NCBI GenBank assembly: GCA_002189035.1
Contig: NEEC01000013.1
Coordinates: 1,798,001-1,862,000, forward strand
Direction of reading: 5' to 3'
Length of the DNA: 64,000 nt
Source of the DNA: Utricularia gibba
Taxonomy: Eukaryota; Plantae; Magnoliophyta
Shown in pieces: positions 53,109-64,000 of this stretch. The stretch's first letter is position 1. Every line of letters starts with the position of its first letter. A program made the translations under genes and the position numbers. A model generated the notes under the pieces. It was not told where the DNA came from. It saw only the letters and a list, made by a program, of their open reading frames with translations, and searched no databases.

Positions 53109-53444
53109 TTAAATTTTGGTGGGTCTTCCAAAAGGCTTCATCTTTTCTGCCTGAAGATGTCTTTTCTTTTCTTCCCGCTGATTATGCTTCTTTTCAACTC
53201 TGTTTCTGAATACCTGCCCTACGTGGCTTGGACCAGATGATGCATCAGAAGCCATTGAATCATCACTTTCCACAAGGTCATCTTCAGAAATTTTCTTTGA
53301 ATCATGTACGCTTCCGGTTGAATTGTCGTAGACAGAGTGATCATATTCTTGCTCCGGTGACACAATGTACGCTGTCCAGCCGGATTCACCGCTACTGCAC
53401 TCCCCAGCAGGATCATGGTGGAGGAGTCTTTTACCGGAGTCCAT
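53109..53444 (-). CDS. SOB FIVE-LIKE (SOFL) family protein, 111 aa
   Basis: SOFL-A CSSGESGWTAYI and SOFL-B DDSMASDASSGP motifs. Confidence 0.88.
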   Translation of the reverse strand: MDSGKRLLHHDPAGECSSGESGWTAYIVSPEQEYDHSVYDNSTGSVHDSKKISEDDLVESDDSMASDASSGPSHVGQVFRNRVEKKHNQREEKKRHLQAEKMKPFGRPTKI

Positions 53445-55113
53445 TGGCAATGGAAGGTCAGAAAACAATGGAGGAAGAGGTAGATTCATGCCCTTTTATC
53501 TAGTTTAAACTCTGCATAAGAAATACAAACTATTCAAAGAGAAAATAGTACTTGCTTAGCTGTCTTTGGATAATAAATTTCTCTGGCTTTTATTACCAGG
53601 GGGCACACATGATGCAGTACAGCATACAGGTGACTGAACTTGCTAGCTATACATGTTGGTCTTTTTTTTTTTTTTCCTTTAGTTGGGGTGCTTTACTCAA
53701 ACATAGAACATTTTGTATTAGGTAGTGACTCAGGTGAGATAGTAGTGTTGAATTCATTCTGGAGTTCAGTTCCTGAAGTTAACTTACTGGTGCATTCTTG
53801 CTCTTTATTGCAACATTTGCCTCACTTTTTGGTAATATCTAACATTTATTTCTCTACTTTTTTTTGAAAGGCCAAACTTCAGAATCATGATATGCTACTC
53901 CTATGTTGTTTGCTTTTGCCAAAATGCTACTTACTTCCAAAGTCCCTCATCCCTTCTCCCCCACATCTCCACCTGCGCCTCTGGGATCTTCATAAATACA
54001 AAAGCTGCTTTGCTTTATAAATGAAGATTGCAGATGAGGCCCACTCTACAAAATGGCAAGGAATGCGCAACAACAACAACGATATTTCAAAGAAGCCCCC
54101 CACCCCTCCCCCTTGTTCAGTGCAATTCTTCGTCTTCTTATTTATGAAGGAGCTTTAATTCTCTGTCTTGTCATGAACCAGGACCAGGATGCTATCATGT
54201 GATCCATGCAGTGAGGACGGATCCAATCCAACTGTGAGTTTTGGCTTGTTGCATCTGGTGGATATCTGAATGGAGGGAATCAAGATGCATACTTGTTCAT
54301 TTCTTCTCACTTGCACCTCCTCCATCCGATTGCTGCTGCCGTTGTCATCTTCTTCCTCCTCACAAATGCTCATCTCCCCTTAATTTCCTCTGTGTATGGA
54401 TTGTGGATGTCCCCTCCTCTTTCCGCAAATATGGCGTCAAGCACCCAGGTATTTCATGATTCCAAGCTCGGAGTTATCTGCATCTTCACCACATGGTGAC
54501 TCCAGACTCTCACCGCCAACTTCAGCTTCAAAGACGACTGGCTGCTCTGTGATTCCGACGAGGATCCCTGAGATCCCCTGTTTGAGGATCATACATAGAA
54601 ACTTGCATCCCAGAAAACAACAAGATTTCACCATTCCTCCGTTAAAAAACAGTTGAAAATCGTTAAATTATTGTAATTTACAATTTAATTTTATATTATA
54701 TTATAAAACAGTTGTACAATATTAAAATTAATTTTATTCTATATAATATGAAACACAGTTTCGAATTTAGAATAAGCACTAATAATCATATTAAATTATA
54801 TAATATACTTTATATTAAAATAATTGTATAATATTAAAACTAAATCTATTATAAAATATTAAAATTAATTATATTCTAGTAAAGTAAAGATTTAAAAAAA
54901 GAAGAGTCCATGATAACATATCTTCAAGATGACTCGAGGAGGACACGTTGCGACACCGTGTCCGGTCCCACTTTACAGGCTGCTTGGAAAGAGAGACGCC
55001 GCTAATCGTCATCTTTGCCACCATCTTTTAAGCCGACGAAGGACGTTTGTTCAGTTGAAATGCTCCCAACAAAACGTTTTCCCGTTTGTGTGTATAGACT
55101 TGTCTATTTGAGA

Positions 55114-57540
55114 ATGAGACCCCATCTGCTTCCCGTTTACAAGCCAGGTACTCAACCCACATCGCAATCCGCATCTGGGTCGTTTGCAGCGTCTCCAGCA
55201 ATGCGATTCGGATCGGAAAAGGATGTGGGTATGGGGACAACGAGGATTTTGATTCCTTCTGCTGAGGAAATCAGCAGAAGTGAAACGAAACCCTTTATTC
55301 AGAGGACCTTTAGTTACACGCAGCCATTCTCGACATCGCCCGATGCGAGTTCGTTTCATCAGAAGCGGAGACGGCGTGCCGCCAGCGAAAATTCACTGGG
55401 CGATTTACAGTCTGGCGACGGTGGCCGTTCTTTCCAGGGAGATGTGGGCAGGGCTGCTTCCGATACTTATCTTATTGCGCGGCTTAGTTTCACATTGCTG
55501 CGGTATTTAGGGTAAGAGATTCTTGATTTTTTCAAAGTTCCCCCTATCAAGATGTGGGCTTCTCTTGTGCTTTTTGAGTTTTTGTTTTCCCCTTTTCAGA
55601 GTAGGCTACAGATGGGTATCCAGCTTTCTTGCTCTGGGTTGTTACTCGCTCTTTATTTTACCTGGCATTGTTCAAGGTCTTCATCTAAACTTCGGCACTG
55701 CAGTTTTGTAGATCTAGGATTTGTTCTATCTAACCTACACTGAATTCAAGGAAATATTATTGTTAGAGCTGGCTAATGTTGCTCTTATAGCTTGACCGTG
55801 TGTTGTTTTATGACTTCATTGCAGTTGGATATCAATATTTCTTCTCAAAACAGATACGTAGGGGTATCGTTTACGGGGATCAACCAAGAAACAAGTTAGC
55901 CTCCACCTTTTTTGTGTTATTATTTTCCTTTCTTTCTTCACTTGCCTGTTTTTGAATGAGTAGTATTTGTATCCAGACTCGATATCTATTTGCCAAAAGA
56001 CAGCGCCAAATCAAAGCCAGTTATTGCATTTGTGACTGGTGGAGCCTGGATCATCGGGTATACTCCTGTTTCGCGTGTATTTTCTGTGGACTATTGCACC
56101 AGTAACTTGACATAATTTGAAGAATTATCATTGGCAGATACAAAGCGTGGGGTTCTCTTCTAGGATTGCGGTTACTGGAAAGAGATATTATAGTAGTTTG
56201 CATAGATTACAGGTGACAAGATGTTAATTGTTGTGGGAATCATTGGCAAACTTCATTTTGGATAAAAGATCATTGTTGCCTAGAGAAGGATGTGAATTAC
56301 ATTTGGTTGCTAGTTTCCTTGCAGAAACTTCCCCCAGGTAACCATCAGTGATATGATTCAGGACGCTTCTCAAGGTGTCTCCTTCATTTGCAATCACATT
56401 GCCGAGTATGGTGGTGATCCTGAAAGGTAGTTTCCTACCATTTGCTATTTAGTTATCAACGTCAGTATGTTGATGATTTGATTTTGTTACTTGTTTAATA
56501 GGATATATCTTATGGGGCAGTCAGCTGGTGCCCATATTGGTGCCTGTGTTTTGCTAGAGCAGGCAATCAAAGAAGCTTCTGGAGAGAAGATTTCGTGGAG
56601 CGTATCACAAATCAAATCTTACTTTGGCTTGTCTGGAGGGTAAGCCGTCTGGCTGGTGTTTGTGTGTGTGTTTTTCTGATGTCTGATAATGTTTTCACCA
56701 TAAATAAACGTGTGTATTTCATCAAACCCGGGTTTTGGTGGAATTCTTGTGCAGGTACAATCTTTTTCAAATGGTAGACCACCTTCGCAGTCGAGGTTTA
56801 TACCACAGTTTAATTTCTAGGTATGACATTGTCTGTTTCTCCATCCACAACCTGTGTTTAATTGATCTTCAAAATCTTCATGAAGAATTATGGAAGGGGA
56901 AGAATCTTTTGAACGTTATTCGCCGGAAGTCATGGTGCAGGATCCTGAACATAGGACTGCAGTTCCTCTGCTTCCTCCTATGGTACTGTATCATGGAACT
57001 GCAGATTATTCACTTCCTTGCGTTGGCAGGTGCGAATCCTATGTTAGAAACCATTTGACGCTAAATTTTAGACTCTTAATTCAATATTGCAAATGACGAT
57101 GATCACTCTACGTCTGTACTATGCAGCAAAAGTTTTGCTGAAACCCTCCAGAACTTGGGAGTTCAAGTTGAGGCAGTTATGTATGAAGGAAAAACACACA
57201 CAGATATCTTTCTTCAGGTATCTGGTCCTGCCTTGGGATGTGCACAGTTAGTTCCTTTTAAGTAGAATTTATATGAATGTCATTGTATAATTTTTCTATG
57301 GAAAGCATAATTTTAGAATGGCCAATCATATGTGACAGTTATAGATTCCAACCATGGTCTTATTTTCTGGGAATTCAGGATCCAATGAGAGGTGGAAGAG
57401 ATGATATGTTTGAAGATTTGGTTTCAAGGATCCATGCAGGAGACCCGGTAGCTCTGGCCAGAGATGCCCAGGCTCCACCAGGAAAGCGCCTAGTCCCTGA
57501 ATTCATGCTGAAACTGGCTCGCGCTGTTAGTCCTTTCTGA
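55114..57540 (+). CDS. Isoprenylcysteine alpha-carbonyl methylesterase (ICME/ICMEL); 11 exons
   Basis: [84 protein letters not shown]. Confidence 0.95.
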
Positions 57541-57825
57541 TCTTCATTCCTTTAGCTGGTATTAGCCTGTAAGTATGAGTCAAGCGCGATGTATTGTATA
57601 CTACTTCAACCATTCTTTTAGGAAACCTGAAAACTCTGTAGCTAACACCAGTCATCTGAACATAGTCATCCTGATGGTGTTTGATTATGGTAGTTCTCTG
57701 TAAGAAAGCATTCTTATTTTTGTCGAATCATAGACTGAACAGCGATATGATTCAAACCAGCACACCCCACTACAGATAGCAAGGTCACACTACAGCCATA
57801 GACGCATATGCTGTTCTACAGATGC

Positions 57826-58257
57826 TCATTTCTTGCCTGAGGACTTGCCAGATGCAGCCTGCGACAAAAAGGGGGCCACCATTCAGACATCTTATCTCCC
57901 ATGTGCAACACAGAAAAGCAGTAGAATGCCAGGTACCTTCTTCTTCGAATCTCGTGGTTTGAGCTCGGTCTTGTTCTTGGGAGCTGGCCCTTTGGAGGCT
58001 ACCTTCTTCCCAGGAGCAGCTGTTTGAGGTGCAACTGGCCTCTCAGCCTTCAAAGAAGCCATACTCCTGTTTTATAGCGAAGCTAAGCTCTTCCTTATTC
58101 TGGATTTCCTTCAGTTTGCAGTGAAGCATACTTATAGATGAGTGTGATTCCAAAGGGACAAGTTTCGCAACTGCTGTCCATTAAAATGGAACAAACAACC
58201 CTCAATGAATCAGATCCTGATGGAAGAAATTCTCTTCAGCATAAGAACCTCGAATTC
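57826..58257 (-). pseudogene. 3' remnant of an uncharacterised multi-exon gene
   Basis: GIRGSYAEENFF, LHCKLKEIQNKEELSFAI, Lys/Ala-rich tail with terminal intron and TGA at 57826-57828; extra base near 58070; upstream is AT-rich with no further exons. Confidence 0.45.
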
Positions 58258-59194
58258 CTGGTACACATTAATCTAAAATCAATATCCAAATCCATCATTC
58301 GAATTTATACCTAATACTTTTATCCATATTGTGATAAATTATCGATGACACGAAATGTCATGACTCATGATTCTCATTTTATGTTCTGGACATCTAATTC
58401 ATACGACTTTATATTTTATTTCTTTTTTTAAAAAAATATTATATAAGATTAGAAATATTATACACATGAGTTATAAAATATCTATGTAATCCTCTTATTC
58501 ATATTTTTAAAAAAAAATTATTATATCGTATAATATAAGATGTGTTTAATTAAAAAATAATAATTCAAACATACCATTAATTAAATTATTAGTAAAAAAG
58601 GCAACGCTGTGTCACCTCAAGCGACCTCCAGTCAGCGAAGCTGTTGGGGGAAGTCAAGATTTTCGCTGATCCGTTGACTGCTTTTTCGACAATAGCCCTC
58701 TATTTTCTTCTTAGTTGTTCATCCTTTTCCTTTAAAAAAAATAGAAAAAATTATGATTTTTAATTAAAAATAATTATAATAAAATATAATGATGATAATA
58801 ATTATAGCCCAATCTACCAACCATCTCATCTCACGGCTTTCAAAGAAGAGACAAAAGTTGAGGGCCGCAGTGAAGTAGACTGGACTTGTGCGATCAGATG
58901 GGTAGCTTCAGAGCGGCGGAAATGGCGTGGCCACGTGTCCAAGCTAATAGCGTCGCCGTCGCAGGGTAAAATTCAACATAAAAGAGGTTCCTTCATTCAA
59001 TTTGTCTTCAGAGTTTGCTCTCGCTTTTCCCCACCGGCGCCACTGTGTCTTCCTGCGCGTGTCATCTCTTCCCCTGTCCTCCATTCACTACAAAGTGCCA
59101 AAATTTTCGTCCTCTTAGGTGCAGCTGCCCACCTTCTCCCTTCTTCGTCTAAATCAAATAACCCCACTTCGGTTTTCGGCTCTTCGACCGGAAT

Positions 59195-59982
59195 ATGAAG
59201 TCCATTTTGGCCAGAGATCCGCATGAGCGGTTCTCGCTTTCACGGAGGTTTTTTGGGAGGAAGTTTGTTCTGGATGAGGAGGAGGAAGAGATGGGAGGAT
59301 TTTGGGGGTTGGGATGGAGAAGTGTAACTCCGTGGGGCTGAGGCATTCGTTGTCGGGGCGTTCGCCGCCGTTGCCGGGGGCGAAGAAGAAGTCTTCTTAC
59401 TCCTCGATTTTCGGCATTTCGAAGCTCCGATCGGCTCTGTGTACGGCGAAAATCCATTTCTCTCCAGGTCAGGGGAGTAAGCTCGTGGGCACTCTGTTCG
59501 GGCACCGCCGCGGCCGTGTCCAGCTCGCGTTTCAGGAATGTTTCAAAACAGCGCCGTGTTTCCTTGTCGAGCTTGCCACTCCGACGAGTGTGCTCGTGAA
59601 GGAAATGGCTTCCGGGACGGTGAGAATCGCGTTGGAGTGCGAGAAGAAAAAGAGTGACAAAAAGGGTGTGAAGCTTCTTAAGGAACCGATCTGGAGGGCG
59701 TATTGCAACGGGAAGCGATGCGGTGACGCGATAAGTAGGAAGTGCAGCCCGGAGGATTGGAAGGTTTTGAGCGCGCTGGGGCCGATTTCAATGGGCGCCG
59801 GCGTTCTCCCCGCAGCGCAGGCCGGCGCAGGGGAGGCGGAGGAAGAAGGGGAGATGATGTACATGAAGGCCAAGTTCGAGAGAGTCGTCGGGAGCAAAGA
59901 TTCCGAAGCCTTTTACATGATGAATCCCGACGGCAGCAACAACGGAGGCCCTGAACTTAGCATCTACTTGCTCAGAGTTTGA
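59195..59982 (+). CDS. MIZU-KUSSEI 1-like (DUF617) protein, intronless; apparent frameshift near G5 run 59304-59308
   Basis: LVGTLFGHRRGRV.LAFQE, LVKEMASGTVRIALEC, WRAYCNGKRCG, ISMGAGVLP, MYMKAKFERVVGSKDSEAFYMMNPD, GPELSIYLLRV. Confidence 0.92.
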
Positions 59983-60776
59983 AATGCTCCGCCGTTTTCA
60001 TCCCTGCGTTTCGTTTTCATCCTTTTGTCGAGCCCGAGTTAGAGGACGACGAGCCCAATATGAATATTTATCTTTTTCACCTTTTGCGTAGATTTTTTTC
60101 CTTTTTTTTTTTACCGCACACCTATCCACAGTGATCTTCTTTCTAAATTACTGGCAGTGCTGGAAAAGGACATTTTACTATTATAGAATATGATTATTCT
60201 TTTTGTTAAAAAAATTTGTAACTAGTGTGAAAATATTTGAATAAAATAATAATATTTAATAAAAAATATTAAAAAATAGCTGTTCCCTTCATACGCTAAT
60301 AATTAGTTACTGTTTTGTGGATGGGAATGTGATAAAATAATTTTAATTTATTTGGGTTTAATTTTTTTTAAGTAACATTTAATTATTAGATTAAAAATAA
60401 AATTAATTGATTTTAATTAAATTAATAGAAATATGTGATTTTAAATAAATCTATGTATATGATGTTAAAAAATAATTCCAATTTATTTAAATAGATCAAA
60501 TAAATATATTACAATTTATAGTACTGTGTTTTTAAATTAAAAAATACCTCATTAATTAACATAAATCCATATTGTGTAATTATTATGTATATTTGCCTTA
60601 ATTTTGATATTTGAAAAATTACTGTTTTATCCATGATAATTTCACTCGAAATATCGCCACCCTATTCACACGTGTCTAATGTGCGTGAGTGGTTACGAAA
60701 CAGAAGCATCGATCCTAAGCAACGAAAACATGGTTATTTCAAAAGAGGTAGCCATTGTGGGTGGCTTCATGTTCTT

Positions 60777-61233
60777 CTACTTGTTTAGCTCGGAGGAGAA
60801 GGAGATGACGGAGGAAAATCTCTTCGACCCCGGCAACTCCGGCACCTGGTTCCCGGCGTTGTCGTAATACACCGCACCGGAGAAACGCGGCGGCTCGCAT
60901 TTCTCCCCCAGCAGAATGGACTTCTGCCACAAGGCTGTGTCCTCCTCCCGCCTCCTATCCTCATCATCTGTCGTCACCCACCGCACATTCACAGGAGTTT
61001 AACGTGCTTGTAAAGAGAAAACGGAAAAGAGGGAGGTCACTAATTCATTCACCTTTGGTGCGCGTTGGAGTGGCCTTTGGTGCAGTGACGTAGGCTCTGA
61101 TTGCATTTCCCCTGAGCTTCACGCACAGAAGCACGGCGAGTGAAGTCAAAACGCCCAAAATGTAGAGACAGACGGCCAGAATGATCAGGAGGTAGAGGCG
61201 TATTGTCATGGGGCTGTTCATCTTCAGATCCAT
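60777..61233 (-). CDS. Uncharacterised small membrane-anchored protein (LWQKxILxGEKCxPPxFSG..YD family); 2 exons (61233-61053, 60967-60777)
   Basis: N-terminal hydrophobic segment, phase-1 GT-AG intron, motif LWQKSILLGEKCEPPRFSGAVYYDNAGN. Confidence 0.8.
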
Positions 61234-61905
61234 GCCCCCCAAGTGTTCGACGACTCGCCCCAGAGGTGGTATGTATCTGTGGCAACAACAGGGGATGGAT
61301 GAGGAGGTGCGTGCATTTATTAGTTCATCTTCAACCTCAAGTACAAGCAATCACATTAATTACTCACCGTACTTAGCCCACCATCTGAAGATAATCATAT
61401 ATTAATGTGCATTATGAAATCCCCAGTTTTCAACTTGTGGGCATTTGGGGATTGCCAAGTTGTGGCCTTTCGCAAGCCAGCCGGGTTCTGCAAGGGAGCA
61501 AGAAAGCCGGCTTTTTGGGTAATCTCATGTCCAAGCTCTGATTTCCTCCACATTCCTTAGGTTCATGTTTCATAGCAGCAAAAGAATAAGGAGATTAGTA
61601 CAGTTAGGGGGCGTGGGTGTACGGGGGCTTGTCTGTCTGAGTAATAGGAATGTTTGTTTGTAATAATAGTTGACATTTGGGTATCCGTTGCACAAGTCAA
61701 CTGGTGCAAATGAGATGTGGTGGTGATAATCAACACTCTGCTCATCCATACCGTTGGTGTCATGGGTAATATGGATGCAAAAAATAAGTTTTATTATAAA
61801 TAATAGGTTTAAATTAATTATAGAAATATTAATTTATATTTTTAAAATGCATTATTTAAGTAAATGTTTTTACAACAAAACATGCCAAAAAGTAGAAAAT
61901 CGTAC

Positions 61906-61986
61906 TGTTGAGAGTGGGATTCGAACCCACGCCCTTTCGGACCAGAACCTTAATCTGGCGCCTTAGACCAACTCGGCCATCTCAAC
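61906..61986 (-). tRNA. tRNA-Leu (AAG)
   Basis: GTTGAGATGGCCGAGTTGGTCTAAGG...CCAGATTAAGGTTCTGG, long variable arm, GGTTCGAATCC; T-runs downstream, CAA upstream. Confidence 0.97.
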
Positions 61987-63557
61987 TGTTGCGTGATGAT
62001 TTCGACAAAAATAAATAAATTTAATTAAACTATCTGTGCGCCAAAATTTCAGGCTGGAGGCTGGCCCATGGATTAATTGGTTTATAAGGTCCAAGAGAAT
62101 TCCACCCCCCATAAATCTGTTGAAAAGGATGGTTGAGAGTGGAACTTGGCACCAAGTTATAGTGGGCCCCCACCCGCTAAGTGCTAACAGGGTGGAAGTG
62201 ATAACTCAGCAGAATGAGAATATGCAAAGGGCATTATCTCTCCATTTGTGCTTCGTTCGTTGGATTGCACCTGAAATCTCTTCATCCAAACCTATGCTTT
62301 TCTTTCACTTCTCCCTCGAATCATGCGCATACTTTTAGCTTTTTTTATTGTAAAATTAAATTGCTTCGACCATCTGATTCAAGGCAGGAGTTGCCCACCC
62401 CTAAGAACATAAGACAACATTGTATCTTATGCCCCCCTCCCAATCATTCATTATCATTCATTCTGAATAAATATCACGTTTTATATTGTTCGTTTTGAAT
62501 ATTCAATTTTCACAATTTTATAATTTTTATATTTAAATCAAATCTTCACCCTTATCTATGATGCACGTGATATATTGTCACAATCAACGCTTCTCTTGTA
62601 TAATAATGTTCAGTGTAAATAACTAATTATCATGATTTTATATTTTTTCTTTTAAAGAAAATGAGTTATATAAAATTAAAAAAGTTTATCTATTTAAACA
62701 ATTCTCTTTCTTTTTTTGTGACCAATTTAGTATTAGAGCTAAACTTGAACAAGTGCCAATGGTGGGATGATAAGTGTCTAAAAATAATAGAATGTAAAGG
62801 TAGAGGCCATATAATGATATTTCAGATGAGGGAATAAATATATTTAAATAGATGAATTCTTCTAATCTTGTATAATATATTTTTTTCGAAAGAAAAGAAT
62901 ATAAAATATAAGTCTAAGTGTAGGTTTTGATAAATATCGATGTCGTTCGGATAGGACCTTTCACTTGCTGATTAGTATGGTTTATCAGCCAAAGCTTAGT
63001 GTTTTATTTAGTTCTATTTTTCTATAAAAAAAACATCGTAAAAGAAAAATGTATTTAAAAGGGGACACGGGGAGACCGGCGTGTCGGGGGAGGGATGTGT
63101 CCATTAGGTGGGAATTTATTTCATTATTTATTTGGAGGGAAATAATTGTAATTATGTTTTCAATAATTTTGTTAATGGGAATGCGATGAGATTCCCTACC
63201 CGCACCATCTCTACTATAGACATTCTACTTGCAGTTTGGACCCGGGAGCTGTGACTCGGTCGGATACGGGTCGGATGTGACAACCGTTTTCGCTGTGGGA
63301 GCAACGGAGACGACAGACACCTCACGTTGGTATGTTCACGGGTTGGACTGAATGCCATCTTCCCCTCTTCTGCTTCTGCTCCCTAGATTTACTGGTTTCT
63401 AGGGGTTCTTTGTTTGCTTGTTTTTTTTTTTTTTTCCGGGCGGGCTCGCCGCTGGATTTTGGCATGCAGGGGCCTGGGATTCTCTGTTTTTACTTGCTTT
63501 TTGCTGTTTCTTGTTCTTCAGACTGAAGCGATGCCGAAGGACGAAACTTGAGTTCCG

Positions 63558-64000
63558 ATGTCCCGGGGTTTGCTGCTCTTCCTGTTTCTTTTCTGTTTTC
63601 GCTCTTCTCTGTCTGGAGCAGCTCCCTTCAGTAAGTGGCGATTTTCGGTTGATTTGGGGATTTTGTTGTTTTGTTGGCCGGTATGCATTTTTCTTTACTG
63701 GGGTTTGTTTCTTTTTTTTGCAGATTATAGTATTCACATCGATTGCGGTGGCCACGTCGACTCCACCGATGCATTCCACACTACCTGGATTTCCGACCGA
63801 TTCTACTCCGGCGGCGTTGCCTCCATTGTTTCCGAGCCTCTCCGATTCCAGCACCAGCAAGAGAAAACGCTCCGGTATTTTCCCATTTCATCCGGTAAGA
63901 AGAATTGCTACAGCATTCCTACGCCTGCTGCCGGGGTCGATTCTTTCTTCGGACATTCGTCGTCTACGACAATTACAACGGCAAGTCGCACACGCCGTCG
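63558..64000 (+). CDS. 5' part of a malectin-like-domain (RLP4-like) receptor-like protein; exon 63558-63630, exon from 63724; apparent frameshift at 63933-63936; runs off the right edge
   Basis: Signal peptide MSRGLLLFLFLFCF, IDCGG..TW.SDRFYSGG..VSEPLRF..EKTLRYFP.S.GKKNCY, LRTFVVYDNY.GKSH.PS. Confidence 0.88.
   Translation, partial: MSRGLLLFLFLFCFRSSLSGAAPFSKWRFSVDLGILLFCWPVCIFLYWGLFLFFADYSIHIDCGGHVDSTDAFHTTWISDRFYSGGVASIVSEPLRFQHQQEKTLRYFPISSGKKNCYSIPTPAAGVDSFFGHSSSTTITTASRTRR

Noticed and set aside
62226-62400. Possible miR399-like hairpin (GGGCATTATCTC ... GGAGTTGCCC)
   Set aside because: Only the 3' half of the mature sequence matches and arm pairing is poor.
63399-63860. 153-aa minus-strand ORF
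   Set aside because: Antisense shadow of the malectin-like gene and its T-rich intron/UTR.

Overview
Gene-dense nuclear DNA of a flowering plant (eudicot-like genes, mostly 70-120 nt GT-AG introns, AT-rich spacers). I find 23 apparently functional protein-coding genes, tRNA-Asn(GTT), tRNA-Leu(AAG), about 7 decayed gene relics, a ~300 bp foldback element and a few TE-like fragments. Relics: cytosolic LysRS, BTF3/NAC-beta, ZNG1/CobW-type GTPase, 14-3-3 and three uncharacterised proteins. Ten otherwise intact genes carry a single missing base in a short G/C run. This looks like a long-read assembly artefact, so I do not call them pseudogenes. Best leads: (1) a BTF3 fragment placed directly 5' of, and one G away from in-frame with, a PPR gene whose upstream region is a bidirectional promoter shared with RPS8; (2) a 3-exon PSY-type sulfated-peptide precursor the ORF track misses; (3) deletion-driven decay of neighbouring genes, consistent with post-polyploidy fractionation. 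I see no new multi-gene system or biosynthetic cluster. Family assignments and Arabidopsis comparisons are from remembered motifs, not database searches.
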